Positions 39,455 through 47,853 of a stretch of 55,621 nt of DNA are shown piece by piece; position 1 is the stretch's first letter, and every line of letters starts with the position of its first letter. The stretch lies in IMG/VR virus record IMGVR_UViG_3300028897_000188, positions 1 through 55,621 of that record. One strand, 5' to 3'. Source of the DNA: a virus. Lineage: Duplodnaviria > Caudoviricetes. A program made the position numbers and the translations under genes. The notes beneath the pieces were generated by a model. The model ran no database searches. It saw only the letters and a list, made by a program, of their open reading frames with translations, and was not told the DNA's origin.

Positions 39455-39633
39455 GGTCGCTATGGAATCGAAAGAAATTTGACAGAGCTTAAAAGTAGAC
39501 TTAGGGATATATCTTCCTGAATTAAGGTAGTGAAACTTAATTGCTTCTACCAAAGCAATCTGTAAAACCTCATTGTCATTTAAGGCTATTTGCCACTACT
39601 GTTAAGTTATCTTTTGTTCCGATTCGATAGACT
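39455..39633 (-). ncRNA. ~180-nt rod-shaped RNA with central bubble (6S-like)
   Basis: Nested end-to-end helices with several G-U pairs on the minus strand; no long ORF. Confidence 0.5.
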
Positions 39634-39743
39634 TTTTTACTACTTCTCTATAAATAATATTCTCTAGTATAAAATGTATTAGCTATGCACAATCATAAGC
39701 AAAAGCCCTCCTAGTAGTATTTGTGAGTTAACCTCACATAAAG

Positions 39744-39751
39744 TATTTATC
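39744..39751 (-). promoter_or_regulatory. Late-promoter-like GATAAATA
   Basis: Same octamer as at 8515 and 51691, located at the JAB stop codon. Confidence 0.4.
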
Positions 39752-40809
39752 TAAAAATGATAGCTACCACCATCAGTTAGAGGATTTCTTTTATCTTTTT
39801 CCGCTAAATCCCAAGAGACATAATTTGATTCTCGACCACGACCAAAACGGATCTTCTCTTTGAACTCCTCTTTCAACTTTTTTTCGTCAAGTTCTACCTC
39901 ATCCATATTTTTGATCTTTGCGGTGACTCGCAGAAAAGCTCCACAAGGAGTTTTAACTCTGACATGTCCAGCGATTCCATCTTTAGCAATCAGAAGACTT
40001 ACATTGTGATTGCTGTTAATGAAATTTTCATCATGCTGTGAGAAACCAGCTTTGTCTCCCTTTGCTCCACCCATTTCATGGTGAGAGTGCATGACTCCTA
40101 CAACGCTAACCTTGTTATACTCATCTGTTAGAACTTTACTGACAAGAGCAGAATTTGCGTTCTGGTTAGGTAACAAGAGATCCATGACTTCTACTTCATT
40201 TTCGGATTTCCACCTACCCACAAGATATGCCAGCCATTCTTGGCTACCAGCCCATTTCATAAACAGCAAAGCTTTCTTTCTGGCAACGGAAGACATATAG
40301 ACAACCGCTTTATCAGGAGCTTTACTACATGCCGTAACACAATCAAGTTCTTCGGTGACATCCCAAAACCCATCTTCGTCTTCATGGATTCCATCCTTGT
40401 CTTCTCCATTGCCACCATGAGCGGCAGGAGCGGCAGGAGTAGTAGGATCGTGATAGACAATTGTACCACCTTGAGGATTCGTGTCAAACTCATCCGATTG
40501 TAATTCCATTTCTCTAACTAGAAGAATGGCATCAACCAGATCTTTATGTTGTTCACTAACCCTACGTACATGTCTCCTAGAACCCTGCCGTAGCTGTACT
40601 TTACAAGCATTAGCAATTGATTTGTGACTATACTCCGCTTCTGGATCTGTCAGATAATTAATGATCAGTCCTTGTAACGGAGTCAAGTTATTCTCATCAA
40701 TTGCTTCGATAACCTTTGGATGTAAACTTAGCTTTTCCATAATTTTTTCCTTTCTATCCTTTCTTAATCTTTTTTGATAATTGGCTCTATGTATTCTTGG
40801 ATCTATCAT
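39751..40809 (-). CDS. JAB/MPN+ metalloisopeptidase (DUB-like) with N-terminal extension
   Basis: QEWLAYLVG...VVGVMHSH...FSQHD (E, HxH, SxxD). Confidence 0.85.
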   Translation of the reverse strand: MIDPRIHRANYQKRLRKDRKEKIMEKLSLHPKVIEAIDENNLTPLQGLIINYLTDPEAEYSHKSIANACKVQLRQGSRRHVRRVSEQHKDLVDAILLVREMELQSDEFDTNPQGGTIVYHDPTTPAAPAAHGGNGEDKDGIHEDEDGFWDVTEELDCVTACSKAPDKAVVYMSSVARKKALLFMKWAGSQEWLAYLVGRWKSENEVEVMDLLLPNQNANSALVSKVLTDEYNKVSVVGVMHSHHEMGGAKGDKAGFSQHDENFINSNHNVSLLIAKDGIAGHVRVKTPCGAFLRVTAKIKNMDEVELDEKKLKEEFKEKIRFGRGRESNYVSWDLAEKDKRNPLTDGGSYHF

Positions 40810-41390
40810 CTATCAAACCTGAAAAGTTTCTCCACGCTGGAGATTACTTCTTTTTTCTCATACTTCATAACCTTTGCTACTGCTAAAGCCGCTACAATCA
40901 TAGCAGGAACAGCCCATGAAGGAACAATGGTATATCCTTCTCCGTCTTCTCCAAACTCCGCAACGGAATTATGGATACCAAAATTTTCTCCATCATAACC
41001 AGCTTTGAAATATTTTGCTCCCATCTTTCTAGCAATCTCTTGGTTCTCCGTTTGAGCTTTCGCCTTATCGGTACAGTCAATAACCCAATCGGTTTTATCT
41101 CCCATTTCATTAAAAGGAAAGGGATAGGAATAGACAATACATTCTTCTCTGATTCCTTGAATTGCTATCTTTGTGATATCGGCTTTGTTCTTCCCAATAT
41201 ACCTGTAGGGAATATCCAAACGGTTTAGGTTATGCTCTTCCAATGTATCAGGATCATAAAGAACAATTTTACCAATACCAGACATTGCTAAAATCTTAGC
41301 TACCCAATAGCCTATTCCACCACACCCCACAACTGTAACTGTTTGCGACTGATTGAGTTTAAGCTTTTCCTGTCTCTGATAAAGACCCAT
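40806..41390 (-). CDS. ThiF/E1-like adenylyltransferase
   Basis: YQRQ, VVGCGGIG, DPDTLEEHNLNR, GKNKA, VIDCTD. Confidence 0.92.
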   Translation of the reverse strand: MGLYQRQEKLKLNQSQTVTVVGCGGIGYWVAKILAMSGIGKIVLYDPDTLEEHNLNRLDIPYRYIGKNKADITKIAIQGIREECIVYSYPFPFNEMGDKTDWVIDCTDKAKAQTENQEIARKMGAKYFKAGYDGENFGIHNSVAEFGEDGEGYTIVPSWAVPAMIVAALAVAKVMKYEKKEVISSVEKLFRFDR

Positions 41391-41406
41391 TGTTTTCTCC
41401 CTTCAT

Positions 41407-42294
41407 TTAACCATCTAAACCAGTATCCCAAACATCTTCATCTTCTGTTTTCTTTTTATTTCCGTCAAGAACTTTACCAAAATCTTTAGTTATTGTAGTC
41501 AAATGATCTCTAACAGTTTCTATTTGAGGTAATCCAGTAGGATTGCTTGTAGCCACGCTACCTTCATTGATAGTCTCAAGTACTGCTAGCGCATCTTTGG
41601 CGCAAAAAACGATATCATCTGGAGTACTCCAGCTTGAAGGTTTTTGCCATTGACCCCAACAATCAGAATCATTACTCATTTTATGATAATGCCAGAACGG
41701 ACTCATATTGGCATCTGGATTGTGAGTAGTTATTTCTACGATTTGACTACCCTTGGTTCTGATCTTTATAATGATATCTTTAACCAGGCGATTCCGCAAT
41801 GCTCTATCAATTGATTTTGGTTTTTTGGCTCTTGATTTTTTGAAAAATTTGGCTTGATATTTTCCACGAAATAACCATAACAATTCATCATGCACTCCCT
41901 CATTCTTTACTACCATGAGTCCTTTCTTTGCATGAGTGTATGTTATATCTGGCATCATTGCGGCATTGTTATAACGCTCTTGAAGCTGTCTCTCTTTGCG
42001 CTCCAATTCGTTTTGCTTTTGCTGATGCATGGTGAGAAGTTGATTGATCTTAGTATTGATCTTGTCTCTAATCCTTTGTTGTTGGGCGTTTAGCTTTTCC
42101 CTAAACTCTCCACGAATTTTCTCTTCTAGATCCTCATCTTCAATTACTTCCATATCAGAGAATCGAAAAGTTTTACCAGCAAAATTTAGAGACAGTCCAC
42201 TTGCCTTGATTTCCTCTAAAGTTATGGACTCAAGTACTTCAATCATTTCAACTTGACGTTCATTGACTTCCTCTTCAAAAGACATGGCACACAC
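41407..42294 (-). CDS. Coiled-coil plus prokaryotic E2-like domain protein
   Basis: PFWHYH-x7-CWG motif; position between Ubl and E1. Confidence 0.6.
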   Translation of the reverse strand: MCAMSFEEEVNERQVEMIEVLESITLEEIKASGLSLNFAGKTFRFSDMEVIEDEDLEEKIRGEFREKLNAQQQRIRDKINTKINQLLTMHQQKQNELERKERQLQERYNNAAMMPDITYTHAKKGLMVVKNEGVHDELLWLFRGKYQAKFFKKSRAKKPKSIDRALRNRLVKDIIIKIRTKGSQIVEITTHNPDANMSPFWHYHKMSNDSDCWGQWQKPSSWSTPDDIVFCAKDALAVLETINEGSVATSNPTGLPQIETVRDHLTTITKDFGKVLDGNKKKTEDEDVWDTGLDG

Positions 42295-42320
42295 TTATCC
42301 TTTCGTCACAAATTAAAGTA

Positions 42321-42410
42321 GGGATAGAATAGCCGATCTTCTATTTTAGAGGATAAGTTGACGGTGTTGGTGGATTCTCTTACTGAATAGAGACACAACT
42401 ATCCTATCCC
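42321..42410 (-). other. Structured intergenic RNA element
   Basis: 15-bp closing stem GGGATAGGATAGTTG/CGGCTATTCTATCCC with three G-U pairs, enclosing two small hairpins. Confidence 0.55.
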
Positions 42411-42427
42411 AAAACGAAACGAAAGCT

Positions 42428-42709
42428 TCAACCAGCTTCGTCATAAGGTCGGAGTTCGACTCGGTGATCTGGCTCAAACTCTGTAGGAGCCGTTGATTTA
42501 CGGACTTCTACACCATTCACGTAACAACGGAACTTACCGAAACCAGCATCCAGAGCCGCATTTTTAACGGTCTGTAAAAAAGGTGCTCCTGTTTCTACAG
42601 AAATGTAAGAACCATTAATAAGGATGCTAGCTGTTCCCTCTGGTGCTTCCAGAGCGGTAGTAGCTTCTCTGTCTTCTCCTGTACTTTGATCAAAAATGTT
42701 GTCTTCCAT
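42428..42709 (-). CDS. Ubiquitin-like beta-grasp protein with C-terminal Gly
   Basis: Beta-beta-alpha-beta pattern, FRCYVNG...VELRPYDEAG-stop; GGAGG SD; first gene of the E2/E1/JAB operon. Confidence 0.75.
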   Translation of the reverse strand: MEDNIFDQSTGEDREATTALEAPEGTASILINGSYISVETGAPFLQTVKNAALDAGFGKFRCYVNGVEVRKSTAPTEFEPDHRVELRPYDEAG

Positions 42710-42756
42710 AATAGACCTCCAATTTTAAATTAATGGTTTTCAAATTACGTACTCCC

Positions 42757-42785
42757 ATCATACACTAATCGAAAACATTTGTCAA
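42757..42785 (-). promoter_or_regulatory. Sigma70 promoter for the Ubl operon
   Basis: TTGACA-17 nt-TATGAT. Confidence 0.75.
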
Positions 42786-42828
42786 CCTTTTTTTTTCGTC
42801 ATACAAAAAAATTTTCATTGTCCATACA

Positions 42829-42857
42829 TACTTATCATAATCTTGAAACAATGTCAA
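42829..42857 (-). promoter_or_regulatory. Second tandem promoter for the Ubl operon
   Basis: TTGACA-17 nt-TAAGTA, same form as 26532-26560. Confidence 0.5.
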
Positions 42858-42860
42858 GCA

Positions 42861-43610
42861 TTATCTTTGTTGCAATGATAACAGACAATATTTTTCAGTA
42901 CCGTCCTCCGCATAAACATACGTCATTCCTAACTCATTGTCCACGTCATATGTAAATTTAGCTTTGAATTTTTTTTCGATGTCAATCACATTCATTAAGT
43001 TTACCATATCTTTAAATGAAAAGCAAAGGGATAAATCATCTCTATCAATATCATCTAAATGAAATTTCAAACCATTAGAATGTTGGTTGTCCTTATCGGC
43101 AGTTTCTAAAAATACCTTTTTATCTTTGACATCCAAATAAACTTTACCAAATCTGGCTCCGATTTTTTTGATCTTGTCAAATCTCTTCATAAACTCTTCA
43201 TCAACATCAATTTCAAAAAACCAATCAACATCCTGCTTGACATCTGGTGTGCCAAGTCTCTTAGGTACTGTAGGATAACAAAAGGAAATTCTACTCTTTT
43301 GTCTACCATCTTTAAGAACCATGTATCCAGCACCAGCCGATCCTTCGTAAATGTCTATATCAATTTCTTCATTGTCGAATAACTGAATAAAAGGCATTAC
43401 GTTTTGTGCCACATCTGAAAAGTTAAAAGAAAGCTCTTCATTAGTATCAAGAATATCATTCGGAAGCTTGAGAAGTGAAATACTATTTCCATCATTGGAT
43501 CTCATATCAGATTCAATAGTATCACCACATCTCAATTGAAGAGTCTCAATACTAAAATTAAGAGTTGCTTTTTTCAGAACATCTTCCAAATTAGTTAGGT
43601 TAATTTTCAT
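42861..43610 (-). CDS. Sliding clamp (gp45/PCNA-like)
   Basis: Acidic 249-aa two-domain alpha/beta protein next to the clamp loader genes. Confidence 0.65.
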   Translation of the reverse strand: MKINLTNLEDVLKKATLNFSIETLQLRCGDTIESDMRSNDGNSISLLKLPNDILDTNEELSFNFSDVAQNVMPFIQLFDNEEIDIDIYEGSAGAGYMVLKDGRQKSRISFCYPTVPKRLGTPDVKQDVDWFFEIDVDEEFMKRFDKIKKIGARFGKVYLDVKDKKVFLETADKDNQHSNGLKFHLDDIDRDDLSLCFSFKDMVNLMNVIDIEKKFKAKFTYDVDNELGMTYVYAEDGTEKYCLLSLQQR

Positions 43611-43627
43611 AACACTACCTCCACAAA

Positions 43628-44005
43628 TTATTTTTTCTTTCTCATATTCATATAGAAGCTCACTATCATTCGTGCTTCTCTGGTTGATAGATTCTGATGC
43701 TTCTCCTTGAGCTTCTTTATCCCTGCATCCAATACTTCTTCTGACTTTTTCTTGGGCCAGCGGATAAAGCGTTTGCCTTTAGGAATTGAGTGCCACAAGT
43801 ATTCATAAATAGCTTCATCACCTAATGTATACAGGTAAGGCAATACTTTGTCAACCACTTTTACAAGATCTTTGAAAAAAGAAAAATGTAGACAAAGAAA
43901 ATAAGCAGAAGCCACTTTCTTATCATACTCCACCTTTCTTGACTTCAAACAGATTTGGTCTACAAAAGTAAACGGAGTTATTTTATCAGGATCTTTCATA
44001 TGCAT
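43628..44005 (-). CDS. Clamp loader small subunit (gp62-like)
   Basis: PFTFVDQI...YEYLWHSIPKGKRFIRWPK...LSTREA. Confidence 0.8.
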   Translation of the reverse strand: MHMKDPDKITPFTFVDQICLKSRKVEYDKKVASAYFLCLHFSFFKDLVKVVDKVLPYLYTLGDEAIYEYLWHSIPKGKRFIRWPKKKSEEVLDAGIKKLKEKHQNLSTREARMIVSFYMNMRKKK

Positions 44006-44402
44006 CTATCATTGCTGGTAGAGCCTTTCTAATTTCTCTCTCTACCACTAAAAATTCTTTCCATAAATCAGGATGTAAATGACGTACCTCATAGTCCTTT
44101 CCTTTTTCCTCACAATCATCAATGCCTTGTTTCATACCAATAGTCATTCCCAAATCAATATAGAAGACGGTTTTCTCCGCAACATCTCTCCATAAGAAAC
44201 CAGCTTCAATTCCTAACTTTCTTTCCCCTGGTATAGAATCCCTTAAAACAAATTTGCGAGTGTAAAGCAAATGACTAGCATATGGACTCTCATTATGATT
44301 TAACAAACAATCCCTCATACATAAGTCTCCATAGGCTTCATTAATCAGAATATCATTAGCTGACTTTCCAGCATACGGAGATTCAATTACTACTCTTTTC
44401 AT
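43986..44402 (-). CDS. Conserved phage protein (nucleoside deoxyribosyltransferase-like fold)
   Basis: VVIESPYAG...ESPYASHLLYT...GIEAG...FYIDLGMTIGM. Confidence 0.6.
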   Translation of the reverse strand: MKRVVIESPYAGKSANDILINEAYGDLCMRDCLLNHNESPYASHLLYTRKFVLRDSIPGERKLGIEAGFLWRDVAEKTVFYIDLGMTIGMKQGIDDCEEKGKDYEVRHLHPDLWKEFLVVEREIRKALPAMIDAYERS

Positions 44403-44602
44403 AATCTCATTTCCTCCTGTTTAATAAAATCTTCCCAATAGAATTTTTGTTCTTTGTAATCTTGACATATAGAACTACTTGCTTTCAATCCCAGTCTCTT
44501 TATCAAGTTATGAGTCCAAGTATTAACATAACATTTTTCTTCTTTTACTGGAAAAAAATTTCTTACACAATATTGGCATGTATCACAACTCATATCACAC
44601 AA
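44399..44602 (-). CDS. Small Cys-rich protein
   Basis: CDTCQYC; ends DFIKQEEMRL. Confidence 0.55.
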   Translation of the reverse strand: MCDMSCDTCQYCVRNFFPVKEEKCYVNTWTHNLIKRLGLKASSSICQDYKEQKFYWEDFIKQEEMRL

Positions 44603-45491
44603 TTTGCTGGTAGATCATACTCATTACCATTCGCATGAAGTTAATCTCTGGAATGGGATAAGTATTGTGTCTATTCAAATGTTCACCTATTTCCAATACT
44701 GCATTTCCAGGCTTCTTAAATTCTCCAGCGTTCTCATAGCAGTAGAAATATAGATCTGGATAATCAACATAATTTCCTCTTAGCTCTTTACGGATCTCAT
44801 CTACATCTTTAGTAATGAGTAGTTTGAATATCTTCTTATTCAATGCTTCCGTTGCGGAAATACTTGAGCCTACAAGCTTTCCATCAATAGTATTCTCATG
44901 TAGTGACCATATGGTTTTACGGATATCAGGATAACACTTCTTAACGATATCCATAGCCACCTTACCATCAAACTCCACATCTTCCTGTCTCAAGATATTC
45001 AACACATGTTTGCCTATTTCTTTAATAGGTGGATTCTCAAGACCCACAACCCAACATCTGGATCTAAGCTCTGGTAGCATGTCATTGATATTGTTTGTTA
45101 GAAAAACAAACCTAGTTATTTTATGAACATCCTCCATTAACTGTTTCAGCATCTTTTGAGCGTTCTGTTTTGAAGTAGAAGTCAAAGAGTCAGACTCATT
45201 CAAAACACATATCTGCATTTTTGTCATCGGCATTGAAGTAGAAAACGGTTGAATCTTTTCTCTCACAATATCAATACCTGTCTCATCGGAAGCATTAAGC
45301 CACATCTTATCGTAGCCAGTTTCCTTGAGAAGTATATTTGTGAAGGTTCCTTTTCCCACTCCTGCCGTACCATAGAGCATGAGATTCGGAACCTCTTTTA
45401 AAGCTTTTCTAAGTTTAGGTTTAATGTCTTCATTGAGAATCATGTTCTCAAATTCTTTTGGTTCATATTTGAACGTCCATAGATCTCCCAT
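44595..45491 (-). CDS. Clamp loader AAA+ ATPase (gp44/RFC-like)
   Basis: LWTFKYEP, GTAGVGKGT, LNASDETGID, LRSRC, YPDIRK. Confidence 0.92.
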   Translation of the reverse strand: MGDLWTFKYEPKEFENMILNEDIKPKLRKALKEVPNLMLYGTAGVGKGTFTNILLKETGYDKMWLNASDETGIDIVREKIQPFSTSMPMTKMQICVLNESDSLTSTSKQNAQKMLKQLMEDVHKITRFVFLTNNINDMLPELRSRCWVVGLENPPIKEIGKHVLNILRQEDVEFDGKVAMDIVKKCYPDIRKTIWSLHENTIDGKLVGSSISATEALNKKIFKLLITKDVDEIRKELRGNYVDYPDLYFYCYENAGEFKKPGNAVLEIGEHLNRHNTYPIPEINFMRMVMSMIYQQIV

Positions 45492-45531
45492 ATCTACTCC
45501 TTTTACTCTTTTTGCAATGGTTTTCCAAAAC

Positions 45532-46443
45532 TCAATCTTCTTCTACATACTCATCAAAGATATCTTCAAAAACATCTTTAGGTACTACAGCCGTTCCTTT
45601 TTGACTAACAACATAAGCGGCACATTTATTAGCTATCTTTGCTGATCTTAACACACTCAATCCTCTTTGTAAACATATTGCCATGATTGCAGTAACGGTA
45701 TCTCCAGCACCAATTACTTCGCTATCGAAAACTTTTTCTCCCTTGATATGTTCCGCAACATCCAATGTTCCATTAGAAGTCCTTTCCATTAGAGTCATAC
45801 CCCTGTCTCCTTTAGTAATAAGGATGTTTTGAGGTAAAGCTGGATGTCTCCATCTCATTTGATGGTATTCGGATTCATTAGGAGTGACTAGTAAAACTCC
45901 TTCTGGATACAAAGCCCAGTTTTCAGGTTTCGGATCAATTATGATTTTATCCTTATAAGCTCCAATCCAATCCATGAATTTTCTACTCACCACTCCTTTA
46001 GCATAATCGGAAACAATTATCATATCATACTCTTCTTCCAGCATTTGATGAGTCAAAGCAATATGAGTGGTCTTCTCATGGTAAAAATCTATTTCTGTTT
46101 TATCTTCAATGTCAATTCTTATCAATTGCTGATTGTCTGCAAATATACGTTCCTTTATAGTAGTAGGATTGTTATTAGGCATGTACCAAAATTTAATTCC
46201 ATCTTCTTTTAAAAGTTTCTGTACTGATTCTCCAGCTTCATCTTGACCGAAAGCACCAGCTATATCTACAGTACCTTTACCAGTTATAGCAGAAATGTTT
46301 CTGGCACAATTAGCGGCTCCTCCCAAAACATCATATTGAAACTTTACATCTACTACTGGAACTGGAGCTTCTGGAGAAATCCTATTTGCTTTACCCACTA
46401 CATATCTGTCAATCATTAAATCACCAATGACTAGAAATTTCAT
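45532..46443 (-). CDS. Heptose-7-phosphate kinase (HldE/RfaE domain I, PfkB family)
   Basis: VIGDLMID...RISPEAPVPV, GGAAN, SDYAKG, IDPK, TPNESE, GAGDT; start moved to ATG 46443. Confidence 0.9.
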   Translation of the reverse strand: MKFLVIGDLMIDRYVVGKANRISPEAPVPVVDVKFQYDVLGGAANCARNISAITGKGTVDIAGAFGQDEAGESVQKLLKEDGIKFWYMPNNNPTTIKERIFADNQQLIRIDIEDKTEIDFYHEKTTHIALTHQMLEEEYDMIIVSDYAKGVVSRKFMDWIGAYKDKIIIDPKPENWALYPEGVLLVTPNESEYHQMRWRHPALPQNILITKGDRGMTLMERTSNGTLDVAEHIKGEKVFDSEVIGAGDTVTAIMAICLQRGLSVLRSAKIANKCAAYVVSQKGTAVVPKDVFEDIFDEYVEED

Positions 46444-46454
46444 AAGTACCTCCT

Positions 46455-46522
46455 TGGAGCGGAGCACTTACAGGAAAAATTAAAAGGAGAAACAAAAACA
46501 AAAAAACCTGTAAGCACTCCGC
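46455..46522 (-). ncRNA. tRNA-Gly-like minihelix ending UCCA
   Basis: 16-bp stem starting GCGG and ending CCGC-TCCA; 32-nt U-rich loop; 5 nt downstream of tRNA-Gly. Confidence 0.55.
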
Positions 46523-46527
46523 ATATA

Positions 46528-46604
46528 TGGAGCGGTAGACTGGACTTGAACCAGCAACAACCAGCTTGGAAGGCTAGTGTTCTACCAATTTGAACTACTA
46601 CCGC
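46528..46604 (-). tRNA. tRNA-Gly(TCC)
   Basis: Cloverleaf GCGGTAG...CT TCC AA...GGTTCAAGTCC...CTACCGC TCCA. Confidence 0.95.
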
Positions 46605-46613
46605 ATTGAGGAG

Positions 46614-46702
46614 AGTATAACAGAACCAGAATCAATTGTAAACGTACTTTTTTTGATAAGTAAAAATAATTGGTTTACATTCCCTAGTCACTATGTTAGC
46701 AT
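46614..46702. promoter_or_regulatory. Divergent sigma70 promoters
   Basis: Minus: TTTACA(46642)-17-TATACT(46614). Plus: TTTACA(46674)-17-TAGCAT(46702). Confidence 0.65.
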
Positions 46703-46737
46703 ATTCCTTATTAGGAATAATGTGGAGGTATAAAATT

Positions 46738-47262
46738 GTGAGCATAGAACATGAAATCGGAACAGATCCTTTATTTGTAGAACTAGTCAAAGTAACAAAT
46801 CTTTATGAGAATTTCAATTCCCAACATATTCATTCATTAGACATAATCAAAAAAATTGGCAGATATGCAATAATACCTCATTACTTGACAGATTGTTTAA
46901 TGTTAGCATTAGAAGATTCACCAAAAACATGTTGGAAATTGTTCTTATACCTCTATCAACATATTAATGGAAAAGCATTAGATCAAAACGGAACTCCAAA
47001 AACATTCATTAGGGAAGATAAAATAAAAAAAGCTACAGTCTTTATGAAGAAAATTAATTGTAATAGTTCATCTCAATTTTATAAAGCTATTAGAATTTTA
47101 AAAGAGAAAAAAATTATTTACATTAACAATGAAAATATTTTTTTAAATGGATTCCCTTTAACTTGGAATGTAGGGAATGAAATAAGAGAGAGCATAAAAA
47201 AAATTATAGAAGAAGAAATCGAAAAAATCAAAAGCAGAATAACCGAAAAAGAGAGGGCTTGA
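46738..47262 (+). CDS. Putative replication initiator/wHTH DNA-binding protein
   Basis: GTG start after GGAGG; YAIIPH...WKLFLYL...SQFYKAIRILKEKKII wHTH-like; adjacent to the repeat array. Confidence 0.5.
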   Translation: MSIEHEIGTDPLFVELVKVTNLYENFNSQHIHSLDIIKKIGRYAIIPHYLTDCLMLALEDSPKTCWKLFLYLYQHINGKALDQNGTPKTFIREDKIKKATVFMKKINCNSSSQFYKAIRILKEKKIIYINNENIFLNGFPLTWNVGNEIRESIKKIIEEEIEKIKSRITEKERA

Positions 47263-47377
47263 AAAGCCTTCTTCTTTATATTTCTTATTATTAATTTATA
47301 TTCTTCTATATTATTCTTCTATAGTATTCTTATGGGAACGAGATTTAAAACAAAAATAAATAGTTACAAGATTTTTC

Positions 47378-47517
47378 ATTCCTTATAAGGAATAACCATT
47401 CCGTATAAGGAATAACCATTCCGTATAAGGAATCATTCATTCCGTATAAGGAATAACCATTCCGTATAAGGAATGAGCAAACTTGTAAAATGAACACAAT
47501 CATTCCTTATAAGGAAT
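47378..47517. repeat. Six 16-bp palindromes ATTCC(G/T)TATAAGGAAT (iteron/operator-like array)
   Basis: Copies at 47378, 47398, 47418, 47439, 47459 and 47502; AT-rich tract upstream. Confidence 0.9.
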
Positions 47518-47529
47518 GGAGGAGGAACT

Positions 47530-47853
47530 ATGAAAAGAGCATTACAAGCAATTTTAATCGCAGGGGAAGAAATGAAGTTTGATGTTTTAGCTAACAGGAA
47601 GAAAATCACAATCAGGGAAGGTCATCGTGATTATACTAAAGGCCCAGTTTTAATAGGTTGTAATCAACTTGACTGGGCTACAATGAGAAACATTGTAGAT
47701 GTTAGATATACTACTTTGGTAGAAGTTACGGAAGAGGAATATAAAGCAGATGGATTTGAGACAAAATCACAAATGCTGGATGGACTCGCTCAATTCTATC
47801 CTCAAATTAACTGGGAAAGTCCTGTAACCGTAATAAGATGGGAGGAAATGTAA
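47530..47853 (+). CDS. ASCH domain protein
   Basis: RKKITIREG...ADGF...FYP...VTVIRW. Confidence 0.8.
   Translation: MKRALQAILIAGEEMKFDVLANRKKITIREGHRDYTKGPVLIGCNQLDWATMRNIVDVRYTTLVEVTEEEYKADGFETKSQMLDGLAQFYPQINWESPVTVIRWEEM

Noticed and set aside
40806-42709. ThiS/ThiF or MoaD/MoeB cofactor biosynthesis
   Set aside because: No thi/moa genes in the window; flanking E2-like and JAB genes favour conjugation
47378-47517. CRISPR array
   Set aside because: Repeats are 16 bp with 4-5 nt near-identical gaps; no unique spacers and no cas genes
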